A stretch of DNA of 64,000 nucleotides from assembly GCA_950097015.1 (NCBI GenBank), contig CATNEN010000029.1:6200001-6264000 (forward strand), written 5' to 3'. The position numbers and the translations under genes were made by a program. The notes under the pieces were generated by a model. That model was not told where the DNA came from. It was given only the letters and a program-made list of their open reading frames with translations, and ran no database searches. This DNA is from Macrostomum hystrix. Lineage: Eukaryota; Animalia; Platyhelminthes. Below are positions 11,900 through 25,127 of the stretch, in pieces (within the stretch, counting starts at the first letter, position 1; each line of letters starts with the position of its first letter).

Positions 11900-14150
11900 G
11901 CACTGGTCGTTTGGAATGATAGAACTGGTATAAGCTCGTTTAAATAAAGAGAATCTAAAAATGATGGCTAGAAAAGCAGCAATTGTCTGCTTCAATTCAT
12001 CGCAAATGTACCTGCCGAAGGCTGTATGGAGAAGGCTAGGTAGAGCAGCCATTAAAAATAATCGTAAAATAGATTGAATTTCAGCCCGGACTGCCTTATA
12101 GAGAATTGAACATTTTTTCCATTCAAGGTTGAATGAAAGCGGATGCTGGTCCCGCTGACGAATGCGGGCTCGAGATGGAGTAGGCATTCAAGGTTGATTT
12201 TAGTGGTGGGCGCGGTCAATAGGTATAAAATAATTCATTGTTGATGGAAAAACTCATTGTGCGGCTAATAAGTACAGCTGGCCGAAACAAACACAATAGA
12301 TTTCTGTTATCTATTCCAAGCATGCCTTGTGTTGAAGCTTGATTTCTTAGAAACTCGGCCGGGGGTTTACGGGTCCCTTTTTTGCCTGTCGAACAAAGCA
12401 AAACATTCTTTAGAGACTAGCTGGGATTTTGTTTTGTAAAACATGATGCCCACTCTATAGGGATAATATAGTGACGGGAGTTTTTCGGTCTGCGGAAATA
12501 ATCCCTGATAGAACTAGGGAAAGACTCCAGGTTCTTGATGAAACCTGATAGCGGCAGTTGCAGGAGGAAGGCGGGAGAGAGAATCAGGCCAGAGTGGGTT
12601 GTGTGAGAGGATTAAGCTTGACTCTGCAGGTAACGATCGATGGGAGTTAAGCCTAGGGAAGCAATAGAACTTAGAATAAGCCTTTGAGTTTAATAAGGAG
12701 AATAGAGTAGTGAGAGACTAAGATGGAAGGCCTATGTGAGAAGACAGAAATGCGAGATCAAGTATGAGAATAGGGGGGAAATCCGTGATGCTATGAGAAT
12801 GTTAGCAAGAGAAATGAGAGAGGTGAGACAGAAATTTTAACTAGGGGGATAGAGAAGGAATATATAAGACAGGAGGTAAAGACCTGAGAGGGACTACTAG
12901 TAGGAGAGAGAATAAGAGATAAGGGAATAGACAGAGGGTAAGAGTGGCAGCGATAAGAGATAATGGAATAGACAGAGGGTAAGAGTGGCAGCGATAAGAG
13001 ATAATGGAATAGACAGAGGGTAAGAGTGGCAGCGATAAGAGATAATGGGAATAGACAGAGGGTAAGAGTGGCAGCGATAAGAGATAAGGGAATAGACAGA
13101 GGGTAAGAGTGGCAGCGATAAGAGATAATGGAATAGACAGAGGGTAAGAGTGGCAGCGATAAGAGATAAGGGAATAGACAGAGGGTAAGAGTGGCAGCGA
13201 TAAGAGATAAGGGGAATAGACAGTGGGTAAGAGTGGCAGCGATAAGAGATAAGGGAATAGACAGAGGGTAAGAGTGGCAGCGATAAGAGATAAGGGAATA
13301 GACAGAGGGTAAGAGTGGCAGCGATAAGAGATACGGGAATAGACAGAGGGTAAGAGTGGCAGCGATAAGAGATACGGGAATAGACAGAGGGTAAGAGTGG
13401 CAGCGATAAGAGATATGGGAATAGACAGTGTGTAAGAGTGGCAGCGATAAGAGATGCGGGAATAGACAGAGGGTAAGAGTGGCAGCGATAAGAGATAAGG
13501 GAATAGACAGAGGGTAAGAGTGGCAGCGATAAGAGATAAGGGAATAGACAGAGGGTAAGAGTGGCAGCGATAAGAGATAAGGGAATAGACAGAGGGTAAG
13601 AGTGGCAGCGATAAGAGATACGGGAATAGACAGAGGGTAAGAGTGGCAGCGATAAGAGATACGGGAATAGACAGAGGGTAAGAGTGGCAGCGATAAGAGA
13701 TAAGGGAATAGACAGAGGGTAAGAGTGGCAGCGATAAGAGATAAGGGAATAGACAGAGGGTAAGAGTGGCAGCGATAAGAGATAAGGGAATAGACAGAGG
13801 GTAAGAGTGGCAGCGATAAGAGATACGGGAATAGACAGAGGGTAAGAGTGGCAGCGATAAGAGATACGGGAATAGACAGAGGGTAAGAGTGGCAGCGATA
13901 AGAGATAAGGGAATAGACAGAGGGTAAGAGTGGCAGAGATAATATATTAGGGAATAGACAGATTTTAAGATTTGTAAGGAATCGAGAGAGAAGAAATAGA
14001 GAGACGGGGAGAAATTATGGAAGGCAAAGATACGAGTAATTTAGTTTGATTGCAAGAAAATACTTAATGAAATTTCTTGATCCATTGATGCACAAAGAAT
14101 TAATCCGAGCAAAGCCAGAAGACAGCCAATCAGGAAGAACGAAGGTAAGA
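11900..14150 (-). mobile_element. Possible decayed L1/Tx1-like ORF2 remnant containing the 41-bp array
   Basis: Minus-strand fragments RINSLCINGSRN (APE N-terminus-like) and SRAR...FNLEWKK (linker-like). Very degenerate. Confidence 0.22.
12916..13940. repeat. 41-bp purine-rich array
   Basis: gagataagggaatagacagagggtaagagtggcagcgataa, about 25 copies. Confidence 0.96.
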
Positions 14151-15284
14151 ATTTTCTAATGACAAAGAAAAAACCGACAATGTTGCTTGCGCACTCATTG
14201 TGAGGCTTCCTCTGCTCGAAGCGGTGCTCCCTACTCGACCTGTCCTTTCCGTCACCAGCCCTCCCAATGTCCCAGTAGCGGCAAGCAAGCCTATTATTTT
14301 TTATGGTCCAAATATGGTTTCCCTAAAATCTCCCCATGATCATCCGTATGTCAGTCTGGCTAACCCTCTGCCATAAACGGAGGCGAGCGAAAAATAGATT
14401 AGTTAAGCTAAGAGCTCAGCCCAGATACAAAACTGGTGCATTGCGTGACGAATTGTGTGTCACCTGACCTCCGCTTGCTCAGGCTGCTTGCTCTGACTCG
14501 ATCGGAGCTGAAACTAAAGGTATCGCTTCGCAGAATATGAGTAGGAAAAAAATTCTAATAGCCGTCGATCTTTTAACAAGTCAGTCAATTCCCTCCGAAT
14601 GCTCATCTCGAGAATACAGTTTTTCGATTAACCATACTTTATCTTTAGCCGAGATGGTTACAAAATTAGCTGTTTTCGACCTAAAGCCTAAAAGCCCTCA
14701 AATGGGACGAAGATCATAAAGCTTTTAATCAAGTCTCTTTTTGGGCTAGCACGCAGACTAATCTCTAGCCTGTATTATCTGCTGTTCTCCGGTGAAAATT
14801 AATTATCACCAGGTAAAGGTATAGGGCATCCCAATCCTTTCTTCTCCCAATATTCCAAGCAGTTTCCTGTACGGGAGAAAACGGTCGCTACAAAAAACGG
14901 ATGAAATTAACAAGTTTGTCGCTCACGAGTGCCCTGCCCGATTCGACTATTTAATTGGGGAGGTCGACGATATTTTGGATGTTGATTAGCACGATAAAAA
15001 GTTCCAAGTACGAGTAATTCTCGTTTAGATTTGCGATTTTCGCGCTCGTCAAAAATTATTCACAACCAAGTCTGGCGTCAGAGTTCTCAAATCGAACTTT
15101 TCGGCAAGGCCGACGTGCTCTTGTTTTTTTTATTTTCCGCTCTTTTGACGTATGAACTGATAGAACTGTAACAATGTTTAGAAAAAAACTAGCAAGTTTT
15201 GCCCCCCTTCGGGGAGCAGAAATACTTTTAATTCGTCTAGTATATACTTTTTAGCAGCTGAATTTACAGCTTTTTAAAGCTACA

Positions 15285-16770
15285 ATGAACCCCCAGTTGA
15301 CAATGATCCCCCAGTTGACAATGATCCCCCAGTTGACAATGAACCCCCAGTTGACAATGAACCCCCAGTTGACAACGATCCCACAGTTGACAATGATCCC
15401 CCATTTGACAATGATCCCCCAGTTGACAATGATCCCACAGTTGACAATGATCCCCCAGTTGACAAAGATCCCCCAGTTCACAATGATCACCCAGTTGATG
15501 ATGATCCCCCAGTTGATGATGATCCCCCAGTTGAAAATGATCCCCCAGTTGACAATGATCCCCCAGTTGACAATGATCCCCCAGTTGACAATGATCCCCC
15601 AGTTAACAAAGATCCCCCAGTTCACAATGATCCCCCAGTTGATGAAGTCTCCCCATTGATGATGATCCCCAGTTAACAATGTTCCTCCATTTGACAATGT
15701 TCGCCCAGTTGACAATGATCCCCCAGTTGATGATGATCACCCAGTTGACAATAATCCCCCAGTTAATGATGATGCCCCAGTTGACAATGAACCCCCAGTT
15801 GACAATGAACCCCCAGTTGACAACGATCCCACAGTTGACAATGATCCCCCATTTGACAATGATCCCCCAGTTGACAATGATCCCACAGTTGACAATGATC
15901 CCCCAGTTGACAAAGATCCCCCAGTTCACAATGATCACCCAGTTGATGATGATCCCCCAGTTGATGATGATCCCCCAGTTGAAAATGATCCCCCAGTTGA
16001 CAATGATCCCCCATTTGACAATGATCCCCCAGTTGACAATGATCCCCCAGTTAACAAAGATCCCCCAGTTCACAATGATCCCCCAGTTGATGAAGTCTCC
16101 CCATTGATGATGATCCCCAGTTAACAATGTTCCTCCATTTGACAATGTTCCCCCAGTTAACAATGATCCCCCAGTTGATGATGATCACCCAGTTGACAAT
16201 GATCCCCCAGTTGACAATGATCCCCCAGTTGACAATGATCCCCCAGTTGAAAATGATCCCCCAGTTGACAATGATCCCCCAGTTAATGATGATCCCCCAG
16301 TTGAAAATGATCCCCCAGTTGACAATGATCCCCCAGTTGAGAATGATCCCCCAGTTGACAATGATCCCCCAGTTAACAAAGATCCCCCAGTTCACAATGA
16401 TCCCCCAGTTGATGAAGTCTCCCCATTGATGATGATCCCTAGTTAACAATGTTCCTCCAGTTGACAATGTTCCCCCAGTTGACAATGATCCCCCAGTTGA
16501 TGATGATCCCCCAGTTGACAATGATCCCCCAGTTGACAATGATCCCCCAGTTGACAATGATCCCCCAGTTGACAATGATCCCGCCGGTTGACAAAGATCC
16601 CCCAGTTGACAATGATCCCCCATTTGACAATGATCCCCCAGTTGACAATGATCCCCCAGTTGACAATGATCCCCCGGTTGACATTGATCCCCCAGTCGAC
16701 AATTATCCCCCAGTTTACCATGATCCCCCAGTTCACCATGATCCCCATTTTGATGATGACTCCCCAGTTG
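15285..16770. repeat. 18-bp array (cccccagttgacaatgat) with higher-order blocks
   Basis: Marker gaagtctccccattg recurs at 15644, 16092 and 16414. Confidence 0.95.
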
Positions 16771-16869
16771 ACGTTGATTTTTCAAGCAGGTTAGCCAAGA
16801 TTCAAACTCAGGTTTCGCCATGTTTTAAACCCTGGTGGGCTATGATTCAAACTCTCGTTTTGCCATGAT

Positions 16870-19800
16870 TCAAACTCTGGTTTAGCCATGATTCAGACGC
16901 TGGTTTAGCCATGATTCAGACGCTGGTTTAGCCATGATTCAGACTCTGGTTTAGCCATGATACAGACTCTGGTTTAGCCATGATTCAAACTCTGGTTTAG
17001 CCATGATTCAAACTCTGGTTTAGCCATGATTCAGACGCTGGTTTAGCCATGATTCAGACTCTGGTTTAGCCATGATTCAGACTCTGGTTTAGCCATGATT
17101 CAAACTCTGGTTTAGCCATGATTCAGACTCTGGTTTAGCCATGATTCAGACGCTGGTTTAGCCATGATTCAGACTCTGGTTTAGCCATGATTCAGACTCT
17201 GGTTTAGCCATGATTCAGACTCTGGTTTAGCCATGATTCAGACTCTGGTTTAGCCATGATTCAGACTCTGGTTTAGCCATGATTCAAACTCTGGTTTAGC
17301 CATGATTCAAACTCTGGTTTAGCCATGATTCAAACTCTGGTTAAGCCATGATTCAAACTCTGGTTTAGCCATGATTCAAACTCTGGTTTAGCCATGATTC
17401 AGACGCTGGTTTAGCCATGATTCAGACTCTGGTTAAGCCATGATTCAGACTCTGGTTTAGCCATGATTCAAACTCTGGTTTAGCCATGATTCAAACTCTG
17501 GTTTAGCCATGATTCAGACGCTGGTTTAGCCATGATTCAGACTCTGGTTTAGCCATGATTCAGACTCTGGTTTAGCCATGATTCAGACTCTGGTTAAGCC
17601 ATGATTCAGACTCTGGTTTAGCCATGATTCAAACTCTGGTTTAGCCATGATTCAAACTCTGGTTTAGCCATGATTCAGACGCTGGTTTAGCCATGATTCA
17701 GACTCTGGTTTAGCCATGATTCAGACTCTGGTTTAGCCATGATTCAGACTCTGGTTTAGCCATGATTCAAACTCTGGTTTAGCCATGATTCAAACTCTGG
17801 TTTAGCCATGATTCAGACGCTGGTTTAGCCATGATTCAGACTCTAGTTTAGCCATGATTCAGACTATGGTTTAGCCATGATTTAAATTCTGGTTTAGCCA
17901 TGATTCAGACTCCAGTTTTGCCATGATTCAGACTCTGGTTTAGCCATGATTCAAACTCTGGTTTAGCCATGATTCAGACTCTGGTTTAGCCATGATTCAG
18001 ACTCTAGTTTAGCCATGATTCAGACTATGGTTTAGCCATGATTCAGACTCCAGTTTTGCCATGATTCAGACTCTGGTTTAGCCATGATTCAGACTCTGGT
18101 TTAGCCATGATTCAGACTCTGGTTAAGCCATGATTCAGACTCTGGTTTAGCCATGATTCAAACTCTGGTTTAGCCATGATTCAGACGCTGGTTTAGCCAT
18201 GATTCAGACTCTGGTTTAGCCATGATTCAGACTCTGGTTTAGCCATGATTCAGACTCTGGTTTAGCCATGATTCAAACTCTGGTTTAGCCATGATTCAAA
18301 CTCTGGTTTAGCCATGATTCAGACTCTGGTTTAGCCATGATTCAGACTCTGGTTAAGCCATGATTCAGACTCTGGTTTAGCCATGATTTAAATTCTGGTT
18401 TAGCCATGATTCAGACTCTGGTTTAGCCATGATTCAAACTCTGGTTTAGCCATGATTCAAACTCTGGTTTAGACATGATTCAGACGCTGGTTTAGCCATG
18501 ATTCAGACTCTAGTTTAGCCATGATTCAGACTATGGTTTAGCCATGATTCAGACTCCAGTTTTGCCATGATTCAGACTCTGGTTTAGCCATGATTCAGAC
18601 TCTGGTTAAGCCATGATTCAGACTCTGGTTTAGCCATGATTTAAATTCTGGTTTAGCCATGATTCAGACTCTGGTTAAGCCATGATTCAGACTCTGGTTT
18701 AGCCATGATTTAAATTCTGGTTTAGCCATGATTCAGACTCTGGTTTAGCCATGATTCAAACTCTGGTTTAGCCATGATTCAGACTCCAGTTTAGCCATGA
18801 TTCAGACGCTGGTTTAGCCATGATTCAAGCTCTATTTTTGCCATGATTCAAATTCAGGTTTGCTATGATTTATGATATTTTATTTACGAAATGAAAAAAT
18901 AAATTAAAATAATCTTCAATCACTACTGGCTGAAAATTAGTCTAAATGATTTGACGCAGTGCAGAATCGAACTATGGTTTAGCCATGATTCAGACTCTGG
19001 TTTAGCCATGATTCAGACTCTGGTTAAGCCATGATTCAGACTCTGGTTTAGCCATGATTCAGACGCTGGTTTAGCCATGATTCAGACTCTGGTTTAGCCA
19101 TGATTCAGACTCTGGTTAAGCCATGATTCAGACTCTGGTTTAGCCATGATTTAAATTCTGGTTTAGCCATGATTCAGACTCTGGTTTAGCCATGATTCAA
19201 ACTCTGGTTTAGCCATGATTCAAACTCTGGTTTAGCCATGATTCAAACTCTGGTTTAGCCATGATTCAAACTCTGGTTTAGCCATGATTCAGACGCTGGT
19301 TTAGCCATGATTCAGACTCTGGTTTAGCCATGATTCAGACTCTGGTTAAGCCATGATTCAGACTCTGGTTTAGCCATGATTCAAACTCTGGTTTAGCCAT
19401 GATTCAAACTCTGGTTTAGCCATGATTCAGACGCTGGTTTAGCCATGATTCAGACTCTGGTTTAGCCATGATTCAGACTCTGGTTTAGCCATGATTCAGA
19501 CTCTGGTTTAGCCATGATTCAGACGCTGGTTTAGCCATGATTCAGACTATGGTTTAGCCATGATTCAGACTCCAGTTTTGCCATGATTCAGACTCTGGTT
19601 TAGCCATGATTCAAACTCTGGTTTAGCCATGATTCAAACTCTGGTTTAGCCATGATTCAGACTCTGGTTTAGCCATGATTCAGACTCTGGTTAAGCCATG
19701 ATTCAGACTCTGGTTTAGCCATGATTTAAATTCTGGTTTAGCCATGATTCAGACTCTGGTTTAGCCATGATTCAAACTCTGGTTTAGCCATGATTCAAAC

Positions 19801-20110
19801 TCTGGTTTAGACATGATTCAGACGCTGGTTTAGCCATGATTCAGACTCTAGTTTAGCCATGATTCAGACTATGGTTTAGCCATGATTCAGACGCTGGTTT
19901 AGCCATGATTCAGACTCTAGTTTAGCCATGATTCAGACTCTGGTTTAGCCATGATTCAGACTCTAGTTTAGCCATGATTCAGACTCTGGTTTAGCCATGA
20001 TTCAGACTCTAGTTTAGCCATGATTCAGACTCTGGTTTAGCCATGATTCAGACTCCAGTTTAGCCATGATTCAGACGCTGGTTTAGCCATGATTCAAGCT
20101 CTATTTTTGC
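16870..20110. repeat. 23-bp array (ttagccatgattcagactctggt), about 135 copies, interrupted once
   Basis: The non-repetitive AT-rich insert at about 18850-18972 is repeated at about 20120-20241. Confidence 0.97.
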
Positions 20111-20559
20111 CATGATTCAAATTCAGGTTTGCTATGATTTATGATATTTTATTTACGAAATGAAAAAATAAATTAAAATAATCTTCAATCACTACTGGCT
20201 GAAAATTAGTCTAAATGATTTGACGCAGTGCAGAATCGAACCCTAGCCTAGCCTAACCTATTCCTAGTGCCTACACATCGGCTATTCCGACTGTTGGTTA
20301 GTGGGTGCAAAAATCTGCCTTATAAAATGAATTCTCAAAGTTCTGGCTTTGTACAATGAAGTAAGAAAATAGAGTACACTCAGTCTCGCGGTTGGTTGTG
20401 TACATTTATTTCCAATTTGTCTCCAGAGTGCAGGCTTCAAATTCAATCAGCTAGGGGTTGTTGCGCAATTTGACGATGCAATTCTAATTCAGTGGCTGTC
20501 AATGAAATTCTAAATAGGCCAAGATGGTTTGACCTTTGAAAAAATCATGTTTTTCGAGT

Positions 20560-20732
20560 ATTTCGAATATTATTGCTAAAGGGATAAAGTTAAGCTTAAT
20601 AAAAATACGTGTATAATTGTCCCCATATTTAGCATCTTTTGGTGAAGAAATGGTGAAAATCGGTTGAGCCGTTCGGAAGAAAATCAATTACAACCAACCA
20701 AGCAAGCATTTCATTTTTAGTATAGTAGATTG
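20560..20732 (+). mobile_element. Possible non-autonomous Helitron-like (HINE/DINE-type) 3' end
   Basis: aaaatcggttgagccgttcgg...(accA)n...ttcatttttagtatagtagatt resembles ends of such elements as I recall them. Confidence 0.3.
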
Positions 20733-20889
20733 AACAAAGAAACATCTGTTAAAACTATATTTTTAGTGCACGCTCGTGCTCTACATTTTTTGTATTTTCA
20801 AGTAGTAGAAGTCGAGAGTTCACTTAGTTCGCTTCAAAGCAGTTATTGATCGATGCATGACTCTTTGATTGGTTTAGCCCCAAAGAATT

Positions 20890-21372
20890 CTCTCTGCGGA
20901 GTTGGGGTGGTCGGGCAGTTCAGCCCCAACGATTTCTGTGTGGAGTTGGGGTGGGGTGTTGTCCAGCCCCAACGATTTCTCAGTGGAGTAGGGGTGGCCG
21001 TGCTGTCCAACCCCAACTAATTTTCTCTGCGGTGTTGGGGTGGTCGGGCGGTCCAGCCAAGCGATTTCTCAGAGGAGTTGGGGTGGGTGGGCTGTCCAGC
21101 CCCAACTATTTCTCTGCGGTGTTGGGGTGGTCGGGCGGTCCAGCCAAGCGATTTCTCAGAGGAGTTGGGGTGGGTGGGCTGTCCAGCCCCAACTATTTCT
21201 CCCTGCGGAGTTGGGCTGGTCGGGCGGTCTAGTCCAGCGATTTCACTCTGTGGAGTTTGGGTGGGTGTGTGGTCCAGCCCCAACTATTTCTCTCTGCGGA
21301 GTTGGGGTGGGTGGGCTGTCATGATCCGAAGATTTCTCTGCGGAATCTGGGCTGGTGGGCAGTCCAGCCCCT
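20890..21372. repeat. About 43-45-bp array of 11 palindromic units
   Basis: gttggggtgg-loop-ccagccccaac units. Confidence 0.88.
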
Positions 21373-21513
21373 ATTTACTAGTTGGACTCATTAGAATAGA
21401 TTAGGATTCGAATCGATTGGGATTGTTTGCTCTGCGGATTGGTGTAAGCGTTGATACGTCACCAAAAGATTGTAAGTGACTTTCAGGCCCTTCATTGTTG
21501 ATCGAGGGCTCGT

Positions 21514-22227
21514 TTAACGCCTGTGGGTGGCTCGCTGCGACATAAACATCTCCTCTCGCTCGGCCTGCGGCTTGCCGCACAATCGGCGGAAGAATCGCCT
21601 GGTGCCCTTCTTGAACGGCTTGTAGGTGCCACCGTAGATGGCCGCATTGATGCTTGTGTAGTTCATTGTGAACCAGATCACGCAGAATTGCCCAGTTCCG
21701 GTTTTTATTTCCGTTTCCGTGGCTCGACCGGCCGGTCCCGTGGCGATGGCGATCTTGTAGATGAAGAAGGGCAGCCAGCAGATCAGGAAGCCGAGGATTA
21801 CACAGGCGTTGGTGATCCAACCGCGAAGGCCTCTACGACGACGCTCCCACTTGCTGACGGAGTTTCCAGAACCGCCGCCGCCGACGTCGTCGCCGATTCC
21901 GTCTCCGTTGTTAGTTGCAGCGTTCGACCGGAGCGGCGCGGCGCACTCCTGCATTCGCTGCATGCTGCGCACGTGCCGGCGAGAAATGACCAGCAGGCTG
22001 CCATAGCCAACCACCAGCATGACCACCATGAATAGGATGAGCGCGATCCGGGTCACGACTAGGATCACATCCACCTGACTGTGCGCATTGGCCCGGCAGG
22101 TGCGGGTGTTGAACATCAGCGAGCTGCCAGTGAATTCGTAATAGTAGCCGCTGATTGGCACAACCCGGGTGGGCAGCAGGCTTAACAGTCCGATGACAAG
22201 CCAGATGCTGACGGCGATTATTGTCAC
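21514..22227 (-). CDS. Orphan class A GPCR, exon 3 (TM4-TM7, C-tail)
   Basis: Acceptor ccgcag|GTG gives MTRRK-VTIIAVSIW (TM4 Trp). TM5 ...VVGYGSLL, TM6 GFLICWLPFF, TM7 YTSINAAIYG and helix 8 KPFKK follow. Total CDS 1194 nt = 397 aa. Confidence 0.9.
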   Translation of the reverse strand: MTIIAVSIWLVIGLLSLLPTRVVPISGYYYEFTGSSLMFNTRTCRANAHSQVDVILVVTRIALILFMVVMLVVGYGSLLVISRRHVRSMQRMQECAAPLRSNAATNNGDGIGDDVGGGGSGNSVSKWERRRRGLRGWITNACVILGFLICWLPFFIYKIAIATGPAGRATETEIKTGTGQFCVIWFTMNYTSINAAIYGGTYKPFKKGTRRFFRRLCGKPQAEREEMFMSQRATHRR

Positions 22228-22295
22228 CTGCGGTGTGGTGACAATGGGCCCGGTGTACATCAACATCAACAGGCTAGAAATCTTGCGAAGAGAGA

Positions 22296-24628
22296 GCTGT
22301 CACCTCAGATTAAGGGAGAGGGAGCTGTCACCTCATACTCAGGTGGTAAGAGAGTTGTCACCTCAGATTCAGGGGGAGAGAGCTGTCACCTCAGATTCAG
22401 GGGAAAGAGCTGTCACCTCAGATTCAGGGGGAGAGAGACCTGTCACCTCAGATTCAGGGAGTGAGAGAGAGTTGTCACCTCAGATTCAGGGAGTGAGAGA
22501 GTAATGTCACCTCAGATTCAGGGGGAGAGAGACCTGTCACCTCAGATTCAGGGAGTGAGAGAGTAATGTCACCTCAGATTCAGGGGGAGAGAGACCTGTC
22601 ACCTCAGATTCAGGGAGTGAGAGAGATTTGTCACCTCAGATTCAGGGGGAGAGAGACCTGTCACCTCAGATTCAGGGAGTGAGAGAGAGTTGTCACCTCA
22701 GATTCAGTGGGAGAGAGACCTGTCACCTCAGATTCAGTGGGAGAGAGACCTGTCACCTCAGATTCAGTGGGAGAGAGACCTGTCACCTCAGATTCAGTGG
22801 GAGAGAGACCTGTCACCTCAGATTCAGTGGGAGAGAGACCTGTCACCTCAGATTCAGTGGGAGAGAGACCTGTCACCTCAGATTCAGGGGGAGAGAGACC
22901 TGTCACCTCAGATTCAGGGGGAGAGAGACCTGTCACCTCAGATTCAGGGAGTGAGAGAGAGTTGTCACCTCAGATTCAGGGAGTGAGAGAGTAATGTCAC
23001 CTCAGATTCAGGGGGAGAGAGACCTGTCACCTCAGATTCAGGGAGTGAGAGAGAGTTGTCACCTCAGATTCAGGGAGTGAGAGAGTAATGTCACCTCAGA
23101 TTCAGGGGGAGAGAGACCTGTCACCTCAGATTCAGGGGGAGAGAGACCTGTCACCTCAGATTCAGGTATGGAGAGACCTGTCACCTCAGATTCAGTGGGA
23201 GAGAGACCTGTCACCTCAGATTCAGTGGGAGAGAGACCTGTCACCTCAGATTCAGGTATGGAGAGACCTGTCACCTCAGATTCAGTGGGAGAGAGACCTG
23301 TCACCCCAGATTCAGTGGGAGAGAGCTGTCACCTCAGATTCAGTGGGAGAGACCTGTCACCTCAGATTCAGGGGAAAGAGCTGTCACCTCAGATTCAGGG
23401 AGAGGGAGCTGTCACCTCATACTCAGGTGGTAATAGAGTTGTCACCTCAGATTCAGGGGGAGAGAGCTGTCACCTCAGATTCAGGGGAAAGAGCTGTCAC
23501 CTCAGATTCAGGGGAAAGAGCTGTCACCTCAGATTCAGGGCAAAGAGCTGTCACCTCAGATTCAGGGCAAAGAGCTGTCACCTCAGATTCAGGAGGAGAG
23601 AGAGCTGTCACCTCAGATTCAGGGGGAGAGAGACCTGTCACCTCAGATTCAGGGAGTGAGAGAGAGTTGTCACCTCAGATTCAGGGAGTGAGAGAGTAAT
23701 GTCACCTCAGATTCAGGGAGTGAGAGAGATTTGTCACCTCAGATTCAGGAGGAGAGAGACCTGTCACCTCAGATTCAGGGAGTGAGAGAGAGTTGTCACC
23801 TCAGATTCAGGGAGTGAGAGAGTAATGTCACCTCAGATTCAGGGGGGGAGAGACCTGTCACCTCAGATTCAGGGAGAGAGAGACCTGTCACCTCAGATTC
23901 AGGGAGTGAGAGAGAGTTGTCACCTCAGATTCAGTGGGAGAGAGACCTGTCACCTCAGATTCAGTGGGAGAGAGACCTGTCACCTCAGATTCAGTGGGAG
24001 AGAGACCTGTCACCTCAGATTCAGGTATGGAGAGAGCTGTCACCTCAGATTCAGTGGGAGAGAGACCTGTCACCTCAGATTCAGTGGGAGAGAGACCTGT
24101 CACCTCAGATTCAGTGGGAGAGAGACCTGTCACCTCAGATTCAGTGGGAGAGAGACCTGTCACCTCAGATTCAGTGGGAGAGAGACCTGTCACCTCAGAT
24201 TCAGGTATGGAGAGACCTGTCACCTCAGATTCAGTGGGAGAGAGACCTGTCACCCCAGATTCAGTGGGAGAGAGCTGTCACCTCAGATTCAGGGGGAGAG
24301 AGACCTGTCACCTCAGATTCAGGGAGTGAGAGAGAGTTGTCACCTCAGATTCAGGGAGTGAGAGAGTAATGTCACCTCAGATTCAGGGAGTGAGAGAGTA
24401 ATGTCACCTCAGATTCAGTGGGAGAGAGACCTGTCACCTCAGATTCAGGTATGGAGAGAGCTGTCACCTCAGATTCAGTGGGAGAGACCTGTCACCTCAG
24501 ATTCAGGGAGTGAGAGAGAGCTGTCACCTCAGACTCAGGGTGAGAGAGAGCTGTCACCTCAGACTCAGGGGGAGAGAGAGCTGTCACCTCAGATTCAGGT
24601 AGGGAGAGAGCTGTCACCTCAGATTCAG
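22296..24628. repeat. 27-32-bp array (tgtcacctcagattcag..gagagacc) in GPCR intron 2
   Basis: About 78 copies. Confidence 0.96.
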
Positions 24629-25127
24629 TTGTCACCGCTTTCATTCAAGCTTTTTTCAAGAACCGCTCAATAATAATTTTGTTGCATAAAAATCTAGCCC
24701 TTCTATGCAGTTGAGTACTGATAATATAGATAGTACAGATATGAGTACAGATAGTACTGAGTACTGCAGTTGAGTAACTAGTTTACAGCCAAACTAGGAA
24801 TAAATATGTTCGTATAAAAATTCTTTGCTGCAGCAGTCAATAAACTGAAGAAGATACGCTTCTGGGGAGCAAGATCTTGTTGCATGGTTTATTGCAAGGC
24901 TCTGCTAAAGAACCCAAATAGGCGAGCCAGTCCCTTACAGCCGAGTGAAATGTGGCACTATACTTAACGTCATCCCCATGGGTGGGATATTCTGCGCAAA
25001 AATATCTGCAAGAAGCTTCTCATGGAGCTGCCCTGGAATCATCAGTATGAATTTATTGCTGACTATTGCATTCCCTATCCCCCTGTCACAACTGTCCAGC
25101 CAGTATGAAAGCATCTTTTGCGGTGGA

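Noticed and set aside
22228-22275. In-frame extension MLMYTGPIVTTPQ of GPCR exon 3 via the tttctag acceptor
   Set aside because: It needs a phase-2 donor, whereas exon 2 ends in phase 0. The ccgcag acceptor gives a canonical ICL2-TM4 spacing.
24850-25125. Kinase-like fragment (KALLKNPNRRAS) in GPCR intron 2
   Set aside because: Short, contains stops, and no other kinase motif was found.
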